In this document: one piece after another, positions 1 to 10,570 of the stretch
Position numbering within the stretch: position 1 is the stretch's first letter
Layout of the letters: each line of letters begins with the position of its first letter
Assembly: GCF_964355755.1 (NCBI RefSeq)
Contig: NC_092678.1
Span: 3,116,422-3,180,421 of the forward strand
Length of the DNA: 64,000 nucleotides
Source of the DNA: Antedon mediterranea
Lineage: Eukaryota; Animalia; Echinodermata
Reading direction: 5' to 3'
Notes under the pieces: generated by a model
What the model saw: only the letters and a program-made list of their open reading frames with translations
The model's database searches: none
What the model was told of the DNA's origin: nothing
Program-made: the position numbers and the translations under genes

Positions 1-196
1 AATTGATGAGTTTTTATTTTATGTCTGGACCTAAAAACCATCAAAACTGCGTTGAGTGAGTAGGAAAGCGCCTTCCAACTTCGCATGAATTAACATGACT
101 GTAGCAAAACGAAAGCTTTGTAATATTACATAGTAATGGTTACTGTGGTTGCGTTCTGAGTTTTAATTTATTTATGTCATTTTTCTTTTGATAAAG

Positions 197-409
197 GAGG
201 AAGAAAAGGCAAGACAGCCTGTACTGTTGTAGAAATGCTAAACCTTGCAGAAAAACCAACGCCATCGTGGCTGAAACTTGCGGACATCCCCCAGCCAAGA
301 GTCTTCCCATCATACACTGCAACCGACACCCATGTATACTCGTATGGTGGACTCCAACAGGATCCTATGCAATTTGTTGGCACGTTTGAGGCTTATGATA
401 TTGAAAAAG
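197..409 (+). CDS. KLHDC8: Kelch domain-containing protein 8 (KLHDC8A/B-like), internal exon; upstream exons lie outside the window
   Basis: Acceptor tttcttttgataaag|197 and donor AAAG|gtgaaa at 409, phase 1-1. Encodes (G)GRKGKTACTVVEMLNL..RVFPSY..VYSYGGLQQ..FVGTFEAYDIEK, a kelch GG/W pattern closely resembling KLHDC8B as recalled. Confidence 0.85.
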
Positions 410-540
410 GTGAAAAGCAAAAACACCCTACAGCATAGTTTCATATTTTTTATTTCCACAACATCATCAAATTGAAAGTTATCATTCTTAAAATCATCAT
501 TATTTTCAGCTATATTATTTTCATCATTATCTTTAGCTAT

Positions 541-705
541 AATTTTATTATCATTATAATCATCATCATTGTCATCATCATCATTGTCATCATCATTATC
601 ATTATCATCATCATCATCATCATCATCATTATCATCATTATCATTATCATCATCATCTTTATCATCATTATCATTATCATCATCACTATAATCATCATCT
701 TATTC
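541..705. repeat. (ATC/ATT)n microsatellite in a KLHDC8 intron
   Basis: Long imperfect ATC run; it explains the poly-Ile and poly-Met ORFs. Confidence 0.95.
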
Positions 706-813
706 AAATTGCAGTATGTTATCATAATTGTAATTGATTGAAGTTTGTAAGTCAGATTGTTTTGTGTTACCATTTCATCATTTATCAAAATCATCATCGC
801 ATTATGTATATAG

Positions 814-906
814 GGGAATGGAGTAAATTGGAGGATATGCCTAGTAGACATGGAGACTTTGCTGGAGGTATGGTATCTGGTCTGGTCATTGCATCTGGGG
901 GACTAG
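814..906 (+). CDS. KLHDC8: KLHDC8-like penultimate coding exon
   Basis: Acceptor tatatag|814, donor CTAG|gtaggt at 906, phase 1-1. Encodes GEWSKLEDMPSRHGDFAGGMVSGLVIASGGLG, continuing the kelch repeats in frame. Confidence 0.85.
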   Translation, partial: GNGVNWRICLVDMETLLEVWYLVWSLHLGD

Positions 907-1122
907 GTAGGTTGTTTTTTCATTTTAGTTGGAGCCTGGTGGAAAAAAGGGTTGGGGTAAAATCATGATAGTGTGTATTTTGTCACAGCCAAGAGAAAAG
1001 GTCATGGTTTAGCACTCCTAAGCGCTCATAATCGTTATTCCACTGCACACACTAGCATTCATTTGATGAATTCATGTTGTATGGTACCCATTACTTATCT
1101 TTAATTTATATATATTTCACAG

Positions 1123-1313
1123 GACCACAGAAAAAGCCATTTCAAGACACTAATGTATACAATCCTGCAACTGGAGTCTGGGAGGTCGGACCTGAGTGTC
1201 CCTCAGGTCGAAGTTCAGCTACCACCTTAAAAAATGAAGATAAGTTATACGTCATTGGCGGCTTTTCACCTAAAGGCCTTACTTCTGAAATATTTATTTT
1301 AAAACCAGCCTAG
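1123..1313 (+). CDS. KLHDC8: KLHDC8-like terminal coding exon
   Basis: Acceptor atttcacag|1123. Encodes PQKKPFQDTNVYNPATGVWEVGPECPSGRSSATTLKNEDKLYVIGGFSPKGLTSEIFILKPA with TAG at 1311-1313; last kelch repeat. Confidence 0.85.
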
Positions 1314-1395
1314 ACTAATATCAGTCAATTTTTGTTTTGCTTTGTGTGTGTTTTTTTTTTTCTGTGTTGTATAATAATAGTAATAATTCTATTAT

Positions 1396-1530
1396 TATTA
1401 CAATGTGTATTACAATGTGTATTACAATGTGTATTACAATGTGTATTACAATGTGTATTACAATGTGTATTACAATGTGTATTACAATGTGTATTACAAC
1501 GTGTATTACAATGTGTATTACAATGTGTAT
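1396..1530. repeat. 12-bp tandem repeat (TATTACAATGTG) x~11 in the KLHDC8 3' UTR region
   Basis: Near-perfect array with one T>C variant. Confidence 0.95.
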
Positions 1531-2422
1531 AATTCTTCACTTGCTGATTTTATTACATTGCCTCTATTTTGTTACTATTTATTTTTTAAATCTTTGTACA
1601 GTTTCTACATCATTTTGTATGCACAACATTTGTTATACTTTACAAGAGGCTTTCATGCATTTAACACCTCATCTTGCTTTTACTATTTGTCCTATATTTA
1701 TACAGGTACTACAGTTTTATATTTTTAATTAACATTTTTATATAACAACACCTAATTAGTTTTAGCGAATTAGTTTAGAGAATACTGTATGTTGTGAAAT
1801 AGGATAAGTGCTCTGTTACTGTATAATGCGACATCAAATGCCGAAATAGATTTTAACAATCTGTGCATCTATTAATCAATCAATCATAAAATATTTAAAC
1901 AGGGTGTTTTTCTTGGGTCAGAGGTTACAATAGTAGGTGCACTTTTTAATAGTAACATAGATTTTAGGTAGAACATCCACTAGATTTTAACTTTAAAACA
2001 TAAAATAATTGTTTTATAAATTTAGAAAGTTAGCTAATAATATATAATAAATATATTAATATTTACAAATGCTGTATACCTATCCAACCTTCCCCATCTA
2101 TTGTTCTTCATAATGTGTATATAAATTTATCATTTTCCAAAAAAAAACAACATATAAAACCAAAGAATTGCATTAAACAAAATTCCAAAGTGTAGGGTTT
2201 AGGTATATAGACACTGCAAACAACCCTCATTTTCACAGAGCTATCTAAATTGATCAAAGATTTTCCATAAGCACCTACAGTTCAGCGATATTCCGCTTAT
2301 TTGGTTGTCATAGTTACGGGTACATTGTAGTTTCTATTTATACATTCTATTTAAAATATACATTTTATATAATATTTCTTTGTAATATGTTTGATGTACT
2401 GATTGGTTATCTTTGAGGTTTA

Positions 2423-2550
2423 AGCTCTGTCTACACTATCAAACAAGTTTGACAAAAGAAGTGTGATGTGCCCAAATTATGGTAGTGATATGACATCATC
2501 GTGTCCATATATGGGCACATCACATAAAGTTTAATAGTGTAGACAGAGCT
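2423..2550. mobile_element. PIF/Harbinger-type MITE, family A, copy 1
   Basis: TIR AGCTCTGTCTACACTAT...ATAGTGTAGACAGAGCT, flanked by TTA on both sides; a second copy lies at 14691-14851. Confidence 0.85.
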
Positions 2551-2690
2551 TTATGAGTGAAATGAACAACTTGCTTTTTGTTGCAATAATTATGCAAATT
2601 TGTCTGCCAAAAACATTCCGATTCAGGTATAAACCCACCCAAAATTTGCATAAACTTTTAGAAAAATCAATTCATGTTGTATTATTGTGA

Positions 2691-3213
2691 ATATATATAT
2701 GTAAAGACAGTCCTTAGTATGGGAGGCTCACTGCTACAAAACTTGGACATGATTGATTGTTATTATGTTAAGAAATCATGCTTTCAAAGAAAAGTACTTT
2801 TTAAATACTTTTCTGGAATTCTTAATATATAACCATCATAGCCATTATATATCATTATCAGCACATATATATATATGTAAAGACAGTCCTTAGTATGGGA
2901 GACTCACTGCTATTCCCTAGTAAGAAATCATGCTTCAAAGAAAAGTACTTTTTAAATTTACAGTAATAAATGTTTTAAATACTTTTCTGGAATTCTTAAT
3001 ATATAACCATCATAGCCATTATATATCATTATCAGCACATATATATATATGTAAAGACAGTCCTTAGTATGGGAGACTCACTGCTATTCCCTAGTAAGAA
3101 ATCATGCTTCAAAGAAAAGTACTTTTTAAATTTACAGTAATAAATGTTTTAAATACTTTTCTGGAATTCTTAATATATAACCATCATAGCCATTATATAT
3201 CATTATCAGCACA
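2691..3213. repeat. ~175-bp tandem repeat x3
   Basis: gtaaagacagtccttagtatgggag recurs at 2701, 2877 and 3051. Copies 2 and 3 are nearly identical; units are joined at (AT)n runs. Confidence 0.95.
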
Positions 3214-4002
3214 CTTAAAACAGTTTGAGTGGGTTAGAAATTAGTTGCTTATTTGATTCAAAGAGGCGTTATTTAAATTTAGGTAGTAATGTACGACGTT
3301 TTGACGTCATAACTTGTGTAATAGATATATACTAACTGTAAATGTCAAATGAAATAGTGAATAAAATATTAATAAAATGTGAAGGTTGTTTGACTTTATA
3401 ATTTGATGTAGTCTAAAAGGTGTTGAAATATAGATTCTCTTGCCAGGTTAAAATAATAAATTCTTTTTTTAGGCATAAAAGATAGCAGTAGCAAGGTGAT
3501 TAGGGGCTCTGTTTACTCCCCTCTTACCAAGTGCTTGCAGGTCTATCGTTTCAGCTACAGTTCTAACTTGAAATTCATTTGAAAAATCTACTAATTTTAT
3601 TAACAAATCAAACACACTATTGAATAAATATTGCCATCTTTTGAGTTTATTTTCATAATATATTTCTTTTATTTACATCAGAATGACATCACATACATAA
3701 TTACTAATATTAATAAACATTTCTAAACAAATATACCTTTTATCACATGCATTTTTCCTTGACATAACTTTTCCATTAAATAATTACTTATAATATAATA
3801 ATAATTATTACATTACATATTATTTTTTATGTTTAAAACAAACAAATATGCCATTGATACGAATATTTAAATCCCACAGATTTTAATTACAACATTGTAT
3901 TCAATCATGGTTGGGCCAATGTGTAATTTCATTGTCACATGCCTATGTTAAGTACTGTATGTGTGATTTCAAAGATATGGATATTTGAATTCCATTCTAT
4001 TT

Positions 4003-4628
4003 TTATTCCCAGTCATCGTCGTCATCATTTGGTGCAAATTGCTGTGTCGCTGCCATCTTAGGTGGTGCTGGTATCATTGATGAAATTTTATCCATGGCAG
4101 AGTTATCTTTATTTCCTCCTCCTCCTCCACCGCCGCTGTTGTCGGTCCTTGCCCCAGATATTCCTTTACGTCGCATAGACAGTTTGCTGAAGAGGTCGGA
4201 CATAAGATCACCACCTGCAGGTGCTGCTGTTGCTGCTTGTTTCCGCTTCTTCTCCATCTTGCGTTCATTCACATTCTTTAACTTTGCTTTACCAGACCCG
4301 CCAGCAGCTCTGATCGACTCTAGAAGACTAGCTCTTTGATCATCTCCTCCTTTGACAGCTGTTGGTTTCTCCCTCATTGTGACATTATTAGATGCTTGTG
4401 GAGGTGGTGGCGGTGGTGGTACTGCTGATGCTTCTGGTGGAGGTGGCGGCGGTGGAGGGGGAGGTGGTGGCGGTGGCATACTACCTTCTGGTGCTGGCAG
4501 AGCTGGTAGGTTAGATGGTGCAGCATCTTCAATCGCCAATAATACACCAGGTAACTCGGGAAGGTTACTACCAGAAGGTGCTATAGATGGTCCTAAATCA
4601 GCATTATACGAAACATCATCCGCCACAC
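4003..4628 (-). CDS. WASHC1: WASH complex subunit 1, terminal exon (end of WAHD, poly-proline, VCA)
   Basis: Acceptor tttctttttcag|4628 (- strand). Encodes GVADDVSYNADLGPSIAPS, polyPro, WH2 RASLLESIRAAGG..KLKNV, central GGDLMSDLFSKLSMRRKGISG and acidic DDDDDWE*; TAA at 4005-4003. Confidence 0.97.
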
Positions 4629-4731
4629 CTGAAAAAGAAATCGGTATAGTTTGACCAGTAAAAAGATGAAAACAAAAGTCTACTGATATGCAGTAAGCAT
4701 TTGTGATGATACCAAATCTGAGAGTTATTAC

Positions 4732-4943
4732 CTGGAAGGTCTGGTAGATAAACTGGTACATCAATCTCTGGTACATCTCCAAGGTTTGGTATGTAAAAGA
4801 AGTTCTCAGCAGTCATCCTCTCCATCTGCTCTTGCTGGGTGATGGTTATAGGTGCAGCTCCTATCTCTTCCTGCTCCTCTTCTATCGCCTTACGAGTCTT
4901 TGTAACTGCTCCAAGAGGATCGATCATTACATATTTCTTGTAC
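4732..4943 (-). CDS. WASHC1: WASH complex subunit 1, coding exon 2
   Basis: Acceptor ttttgtag|4943, donor CCAG|gtaata at 4732. Encodes YKKYVMIDPLGAVTKTR..APITI..ENFFYIPNLGDVPEIDVPVYLPDLPG, a hallmark WASH sequence. Confidence 0.97.
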
Positions 4944-5027
4944 CTACAAAACAATTTGAAAATAATTATTAAATAAAAACCTTATTAAGGTTGATATTCA
5001 TATTACTCCTCCTGAATTAAAACTTAC

Positions 5028-5551
5028 GGATTTTCACTTGTGTTAAATAACAGTAAAGAATTAATCGATTCCATGTTTTTTGGTAATCCTCCGAGGCCTT
5101 CGGCTGCATGCTCCTCACTCTTATCCTTCTTACGTGGATTGACTTGAACGTTATAAAACTGTAGTTTCTCCTTCAATGCTTTTCCGTCCACAGCTTGATG
5201 CTTTGTGTTCATTCTCCTATACGGTACTTTTAGCGTAGCTAAGTCCGTATCCTCTTCAAACAGCGACTCATATATTTCCTGCTTTTCAGGCGCTGGATAT
5301 TTCGCACTTGAGAATACCTTTGTTGCCTTTTTGCTGTTCCTCATTTTGTCAACTTTGACCTGAGCAACTTCAAGTCTTTGGTTAATTTGCTTGAGTTTGG
5401 CATGGTCCATTGACACCCTATCACTGATACGGTTGAATACATCGTTTGCTATTTTTTCAAGATGTTCTAATGTGTCCGCTATCCTAAGAATTGTTTCTTC
5501 CCTCCGTAAGTCAGAAGGAATAATAGAAACGGTGTACACATGTCCAGGCAT
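5028..5551 (-). CDS. WASHC1: WASH complex subunit 1, coding exon 1 (WHD1)
   Basis: ATG at 5551. Encodes IIPSDLRREETI..IADTLEHL..KATKVFSSAKYPAP..EGLGGLP..SLLLFNTSENP; donor CC|gtaagt at 5028. The exons sum to 524+212+626=1362 nt, 453 aa. Confidence 0.97.
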
Positions 5552-5739
5552 GATGTTTATGGTCCAGATTTATATCAGGTTTATTCACCAAATCTCAACT
5601 CCACATATCCTACAAAGAAAAATGAAAGAAAAGGAGAGTTTATTAATATTATTAATAATAAACCATTTATAAATATCATTTATTTATTCATTCGAACCAA
5701 ATATTGATGTGTATTTAAGTTTGTATTCATTTAATTATG

Positions 5740-6187
5740 CAAGTAGCGCCAGAACGTAAGGTAAAAATCTTAGGCCCCACTGGGCCAGTTTGACCGACAC
5801 TTTCTGTACTGCGAGTGCGTGGCTGTGACCGTGTACCGGCTCACGAAATAAACTATTTATTGGTTTCAAAAGTATTGCAAGATCAGCTATGGTATATGCA
5901 CTAACTGTTAAATGCACTAAAATGATTATTAAATCCCATAATTAAATGCAATAATGTAAATAAAACATACCTGAAATCAACAATTTTTTTTGCATTAATT
6001 TTTTTATATTATCATGTGATGAATACTACCCTCTATCGACAATCTACAAAAACTACTGAAGCGTAACATTTAAAGGGACGACAGAATTTTGGTTCGCAGA
6101 TGTTTTCGAAGTTCGCGGGGAGTCTGAATGAATGGTAAGTCCTTCTTTGAAAAAAAATTGCCCATGGCCTAAATAATTGTGATTAAA
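5740..6187. promoter_or_regulatory. Candidate bidirectional promoter shared by WASHC1 and the IQSEC-like gene
   Basis: Divergent genes with ATGs 637 bp apart; CpG-richer patches at 5745-5850 and 6060-6125. Confidence 0.55.
5971..6050 (-). other. WASHC1: Probable non-coding first exon of WASHC1 (5' UTR intron 5970-5610); upstream boundary approximate
   Basis: On the - strand, donor TTCAG|gtatgt at 5971/5970 and a strong acceptor ttctttcatttttctttgtag|5609, 58 nt before the ATG. Confidence 0.6.
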
Positions 6188-6474
6188 ATGGCTCAAAAGA
6201 ACAAGGACCATGCACGCTCTGAACCGGAACTTATATTGGGTTTACACGATGTTATTCGAGCACAAGAAAAGACAATTAATCGCCAGCAAAACCAGATATC
6301 ACATCTGAATTTTATGGTCGTGAAATTGACCGAGGACAGAGACCGCTTGACGAAAATCTTGTCGAGGTATTCCAACGATTCTTCTTCTTCCAGAGGCAGG
6401 AAGATGGAACGTACCATTTATTCCATACGAGAGGATAGGCCAACTACTAAAAAAGTGGATACTTTTGACAGCAG
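6188..6474 (+). CDS. IQSEC: First coding exon of a probable IQSEC/BRAG (IQ motif and Sec7 domain ArfGEF) gene, N-terminal coiled coil
   Basis: AAAATGG start, 95 codons plus AG, then donor CAG|gtaggt (phase 2). LILGLHDVIRAQEKTINRQQNQISHLNFMVVKLTEDRDRL follows the L..L..I..Q...I..Q...I..L......L......L pattern of the IQSEC2/3 N-terminal coil as recalled. Catalytic domains are not in the window. Confidence 0.65.
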
Positions 6475-7051
6475 GTAGGTAGGCCTAGGCCAGTTGTTAA
6501 ATGGGCTTGACAGTACAGATATTTTTTCATATCCAGCTAGGCCTAGGGCTAAAGAGTAAATAATAATAATTATACAGATCTACAGAATTTATAGAACATA
6601 ATGATAATACGAAAATAATAAACACAGATTCGTCCGACTGCTACCGAGTCAGGAAATGTAGTCTGTGCTCCGGAAAAAATGTTTCTAACATACTTTATTC
6701 GGACTAAATGATTATGTTTAAATCGTTTAGTCACAATGAAATTAGTCTCGTGATAAAAAATAAAAAACTTGTAGAGTCATAAACTATGGATATCCATCTA
6801 AATAACACAGAAGATGGAAGTGGCGTCCGAATCCAATGCAAAACAAATAGGCCAATTATCATTAGCGTTCTGTCAATGAAATATTGGTCGTGTGCCAGTA
6901 AGTGTCAACATATTGATTCCTATTGACTGTATCTGTTGTATTATATGTTTGCTATTGTCTTAGAAAGTGTCAACATAAATTTTAATTTTGTTCAGTTTAT
7001 GACTAATAATAACATCATCATTATACCTCAGCGTTGTGTCTGTTTTGGTGT

Positions 7052-7298
7052 TCCAAATTTGTTCATTGATGCAAGAACTTTGGTCATTGTACCAAATTTG
7101 GTCATTGATTATTGTACCAAATTTAGTCATTGCTGTACCAAATTTGGTCATTGCTGACCAAATTTAGTCATTGCTGTACCAAATTTGGTAATTGCTGTAC
7201 CAAATTTGGTCGTTAATGTACCAATTTGGTTGTTTGTGTACCAAATTTAGTCGTTGATGCAGGATTTTTTGTCGGAACCAAATTCAGCATTGCTGTAC
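7052..7298. repeat. Degenerate 21-bp minisatellite (TGTACCAAATTTGGTCATTGC) with a palindromic core
   Basis: About 10 imperfect units containing ACCAAATTTGGT. Confidence 0.9.
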
Positions 7299-8454
7299 AG
7301 ACTAAGTTACAACTTTAGAGAGAGCTCTTGATTTGCAATGACCTGCAGTACGACCTATTCATATTGTATCGTCTTCATTTGAACCGACAATTTGTCAAAA
7401 CTGTCAGTAAAGAATCAAGAGAATAAGACACATGTCCCCAATGTGCACAATGAATTAATATGGTGTACAGTATTTTACCTAGAGGTCATTTCTATTCGAA
7501 ATCTTCCATGTTATAAAATGTTATCAGTTTACTCTTAGTGTCGTCTAATTATAGAATTGAAAATATGCATTTTTACTTTGAAATGTTATAAAAATCCTTA
7601 ATTGATATGCTGCCAAAGCAACAGTGGCTATTAATAAAAGCAAAATACCATATTGCAAATTAATTATTAAAATGTAACATTTTACCGGTAGTATAGTAAC
7701 TGTACACTGTATTTATAAATAATCTATATACCAAAAGCTATGAAATAAGTACCATCATTTTAAGACTCAATATATATATTACTATTAATTTAATAAATCT
7801 CAAAATTTTTCTGATAATTTGATTTTACAATCCTTACACGCAGTGTGGTAGTAGTGTACAGTATAGAAAGGTAATAATAATATTATAAACGCACATTTTT
7901 AAAATATTATTTTTTAATATTTTATAAAATAATAATGTATTGTAGCCATGATCATACAGTACTGACAATAACAAATAAATCCAAGTGGCAATTAAGCATA
8001 GCATAACATCTTTTGTTGTAAGTCCTTGATATCAATATTTTTTGTTAAATAATGTTATTAATCAATTTTATAGGAAAGCAAGGTTTTGAATAAAAACGAA
8101 ACAAGATTATATTAATTATGAAATGATATCAAGTAACAATACTACCAGAATGTCATCAATTAATTTGATGGAATATTCACAATAGATTTAGTCATTGCGG
8201 CATTATTTCACAATATTTTTACTAATCACAAATAACAACCCACGATCGACATTAAATAAATCATCACAGCACGTGCATAGTCACTAGTGTTGTTTTGTTA
8301 ATAATATTGTAATGAAAGTTTTGATTATTGTTTTTAGCACATATAAATAAATTGATTTTGTATGAGTGGAATATTAAGTTTGTTATAAAAATGGGATTAA
8401 TCAAGTCTTATTTTATATTCTGTATAAAAAATGTTGCAGTATATTTGAAGATTG

Positions 8455-8736
8455 CCAAAATATGGTAGTGATATGACCAAATATGGTAGTGATATAACCA
8501 AATCTGGTAGTGATATGACCAAATATGGTAGTGATATGACCAAATATGGTAGTGATATGACCAAATATGGTAGTGATATGACCAAATATGGTAGTGATAT
8601 GACCAAATATGGTAGTGATATAACCAAATCTGGTAGTGATATGACCAAATACGGTGGTGATATGACCAAATATGATAGTGATATGACCAAATATGGTAGT
8701 GATATGACATCATCATGTCCATATAAGGGCACATCA
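8455..8736. repeat. 21-bp minisatellite (ACCAAATATGGTAGTGATATG) x12, related to the interior of MITE family A
   Basis: 12 units followed by acatcatcatgtccatataagggcacatca, matching 2471-2522. Confidence 0.95.
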
Positions 8737-10258
8737 TATCACTACTTCTACTGTAATCAATCAAGTGAAACAAATCATGTTTTTACTATGCTGCCCTCAT
8801 GGTTGTCTACTTCCATCATAATGTTGTTGACTGCTTTACTGTACGTTTGGCGTATTATATGATCACCTACTGTAATACAAGCAGTGTGTGTAACCTAGAG
8901 TACCACGAATGGTAAACAGGACCCAATGGTCAAAAAATATATTAATCTTGGGAGAAAAAAATGTTTATCCCTTTCAAATTGAAAGTGTTCTTCAATGTTA
9001 AATGAGTTGCTCTTTGGTTTCAATAAGAAGCAAAACTTAGTGATAATGATGATTATGTCTAGTTTTGATAAGGAAATGTGTGAAAGTGTATGTAAAAATT
9101 TTCCATTGAAGATTAGGTTATAGATAAAGTAAATTGTTAGTATTTGCTTTAATATTCCAATAATATACAGTAGTAAAAGATTAGTGTGCCAACCACATAA
9201 ATAGAATATTATTGTACAATGATTGTTGACTTACTAACTAGTCTTTAATAACAGGATTTGGATCAAAAACGTTTATTTTATCAATAATGCCCTCTGACTC
9301 AACTGTACTAAATTATTGTATTGCAAGGTTGTGTGCGATGATACGCGACGATTGACACTCTTTTTATTGATGTCCGCGCCATCCATCCTTGTCACCGTCT
9401 TTCACTTATTGTTCCTTTTATCCGATTTTTATCTTTCTATTATTTAATATTATTCTATCCTTTTGTTGAATTTAAAAGAACCGTTTCCTTGCTTACTTTC
9501 GGAATTTTACTATTTTTATTGTTTACTACAATAATATCATTTTTAGACCAAATAACCCTTTAAGTTAGTGGTTGATTGTTGACAAAAATGTTACCCAAAA
9601 TGCAATGCGATCAGGCGGTCAATCGCTCAAAATACTACTGTATGCTAATCACATTTCATTTTTTTGCATCGCAGCTAAAAGTTGCACAGCGACATTTCCA
9701 CGTTGCCATTTAACTACTGATTAAAAATTTGCTGGAGAAATTTTATTTTAATATTCAAATGGTTATTTTTGATTGTTTTTTTGCAGCAGAAACAGGACCA
9801 ATGTTTTCAGTGTCATGTTTATTTTTTAATTGATTGGACTTCTTTTCAATTGTAAAATAATTCTTAGATTGATTGATTGTTATTCAGTCTCCTCACCTGA
9901 GTTTGTTTATGTTAAGTTGCTCACATTCCTATAAAAGTGTGCCAGAATCTATTGAGAAGCAATCAAAATTCTGGAATAAGTTATGGCTCTTCACCAGTCA
10001 TTTGTCACTGTAGCTTCAGCACTAATTACGCCAAACTCCAAGAATGTAAATAGTGATTTGCACACTAATCATTTTGTCGGACAATGAGTAGTATTCGTTT
10101 TCCCGTAGCGTTCATAACTGAGCCCTCTATGCTTGCGGTTTGTTTAGATGAAGTTAATGTTAGATACTGTATAAAATTGTAATGAAATCTCTGTAAATTT
10201 CAATAACAAACAGAGCTATTTTGTGATGCAGATCTATTCTGTAGGAGTTAGTCCTGGA

Positions 10259-10570
10259 GGTCCCAACAATACCCTGTAAATACTATTGGCCTAGCTTTCA
10301 AAAGATATAACCCACAAATCTTTTGCTTGGCATAATCTGGGCACATGATATTCCACAGACTAGACTACTGTTGGATCAGGTGAGGTATACATGGCGTATT
10401 CCTCATAGCACTGGATCGGAGTCTCAACAATACCTTGTAATAGCTTTCAAAAGATATAACGTTAAATCTTTTGCCTGACATAATTGGATCATGGTATTCC
10501 GCAGACTAGACTATTTTAGGATCAAGTGAGGTAGTCTGTTTAGGCCTATGCATGGTGTATCTCTTCACAA
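10259..10570. repeat. Diverged ~160-bp tandem duplication
   Basis: caacaatacc..tagctttcaaaagatataac..cagactagacta..gtgaggta occurs twice. Confidence 0.85.

Noticed and set aside
472-851. Poly-Ile and poly-Met ORFs
   Set aside because: Translations of the intronic (ATC)n microsatellite.
1325-1732. Repeat-peptide ORFs (CNTH, LQCV, MCIT, YYNV)
   Set aside because: Artefacts of a stop-free 12-bp tandem repeat downstream of the KLHDC8 stop.
4094-4654. Gly-rich and Pro-rich + strand ORFs
   Set aside because: Antisense shadows of the WASH1 terminal exon.
8397-8862. 136-aa MTKYGSD repeat ORF and its antisense ORFs; CRISPR-like regularity
   Set aside because: A contiguous 21-bp minisatellite with no unique spacers, derived from MITE sequence, in a eukaryotic context.
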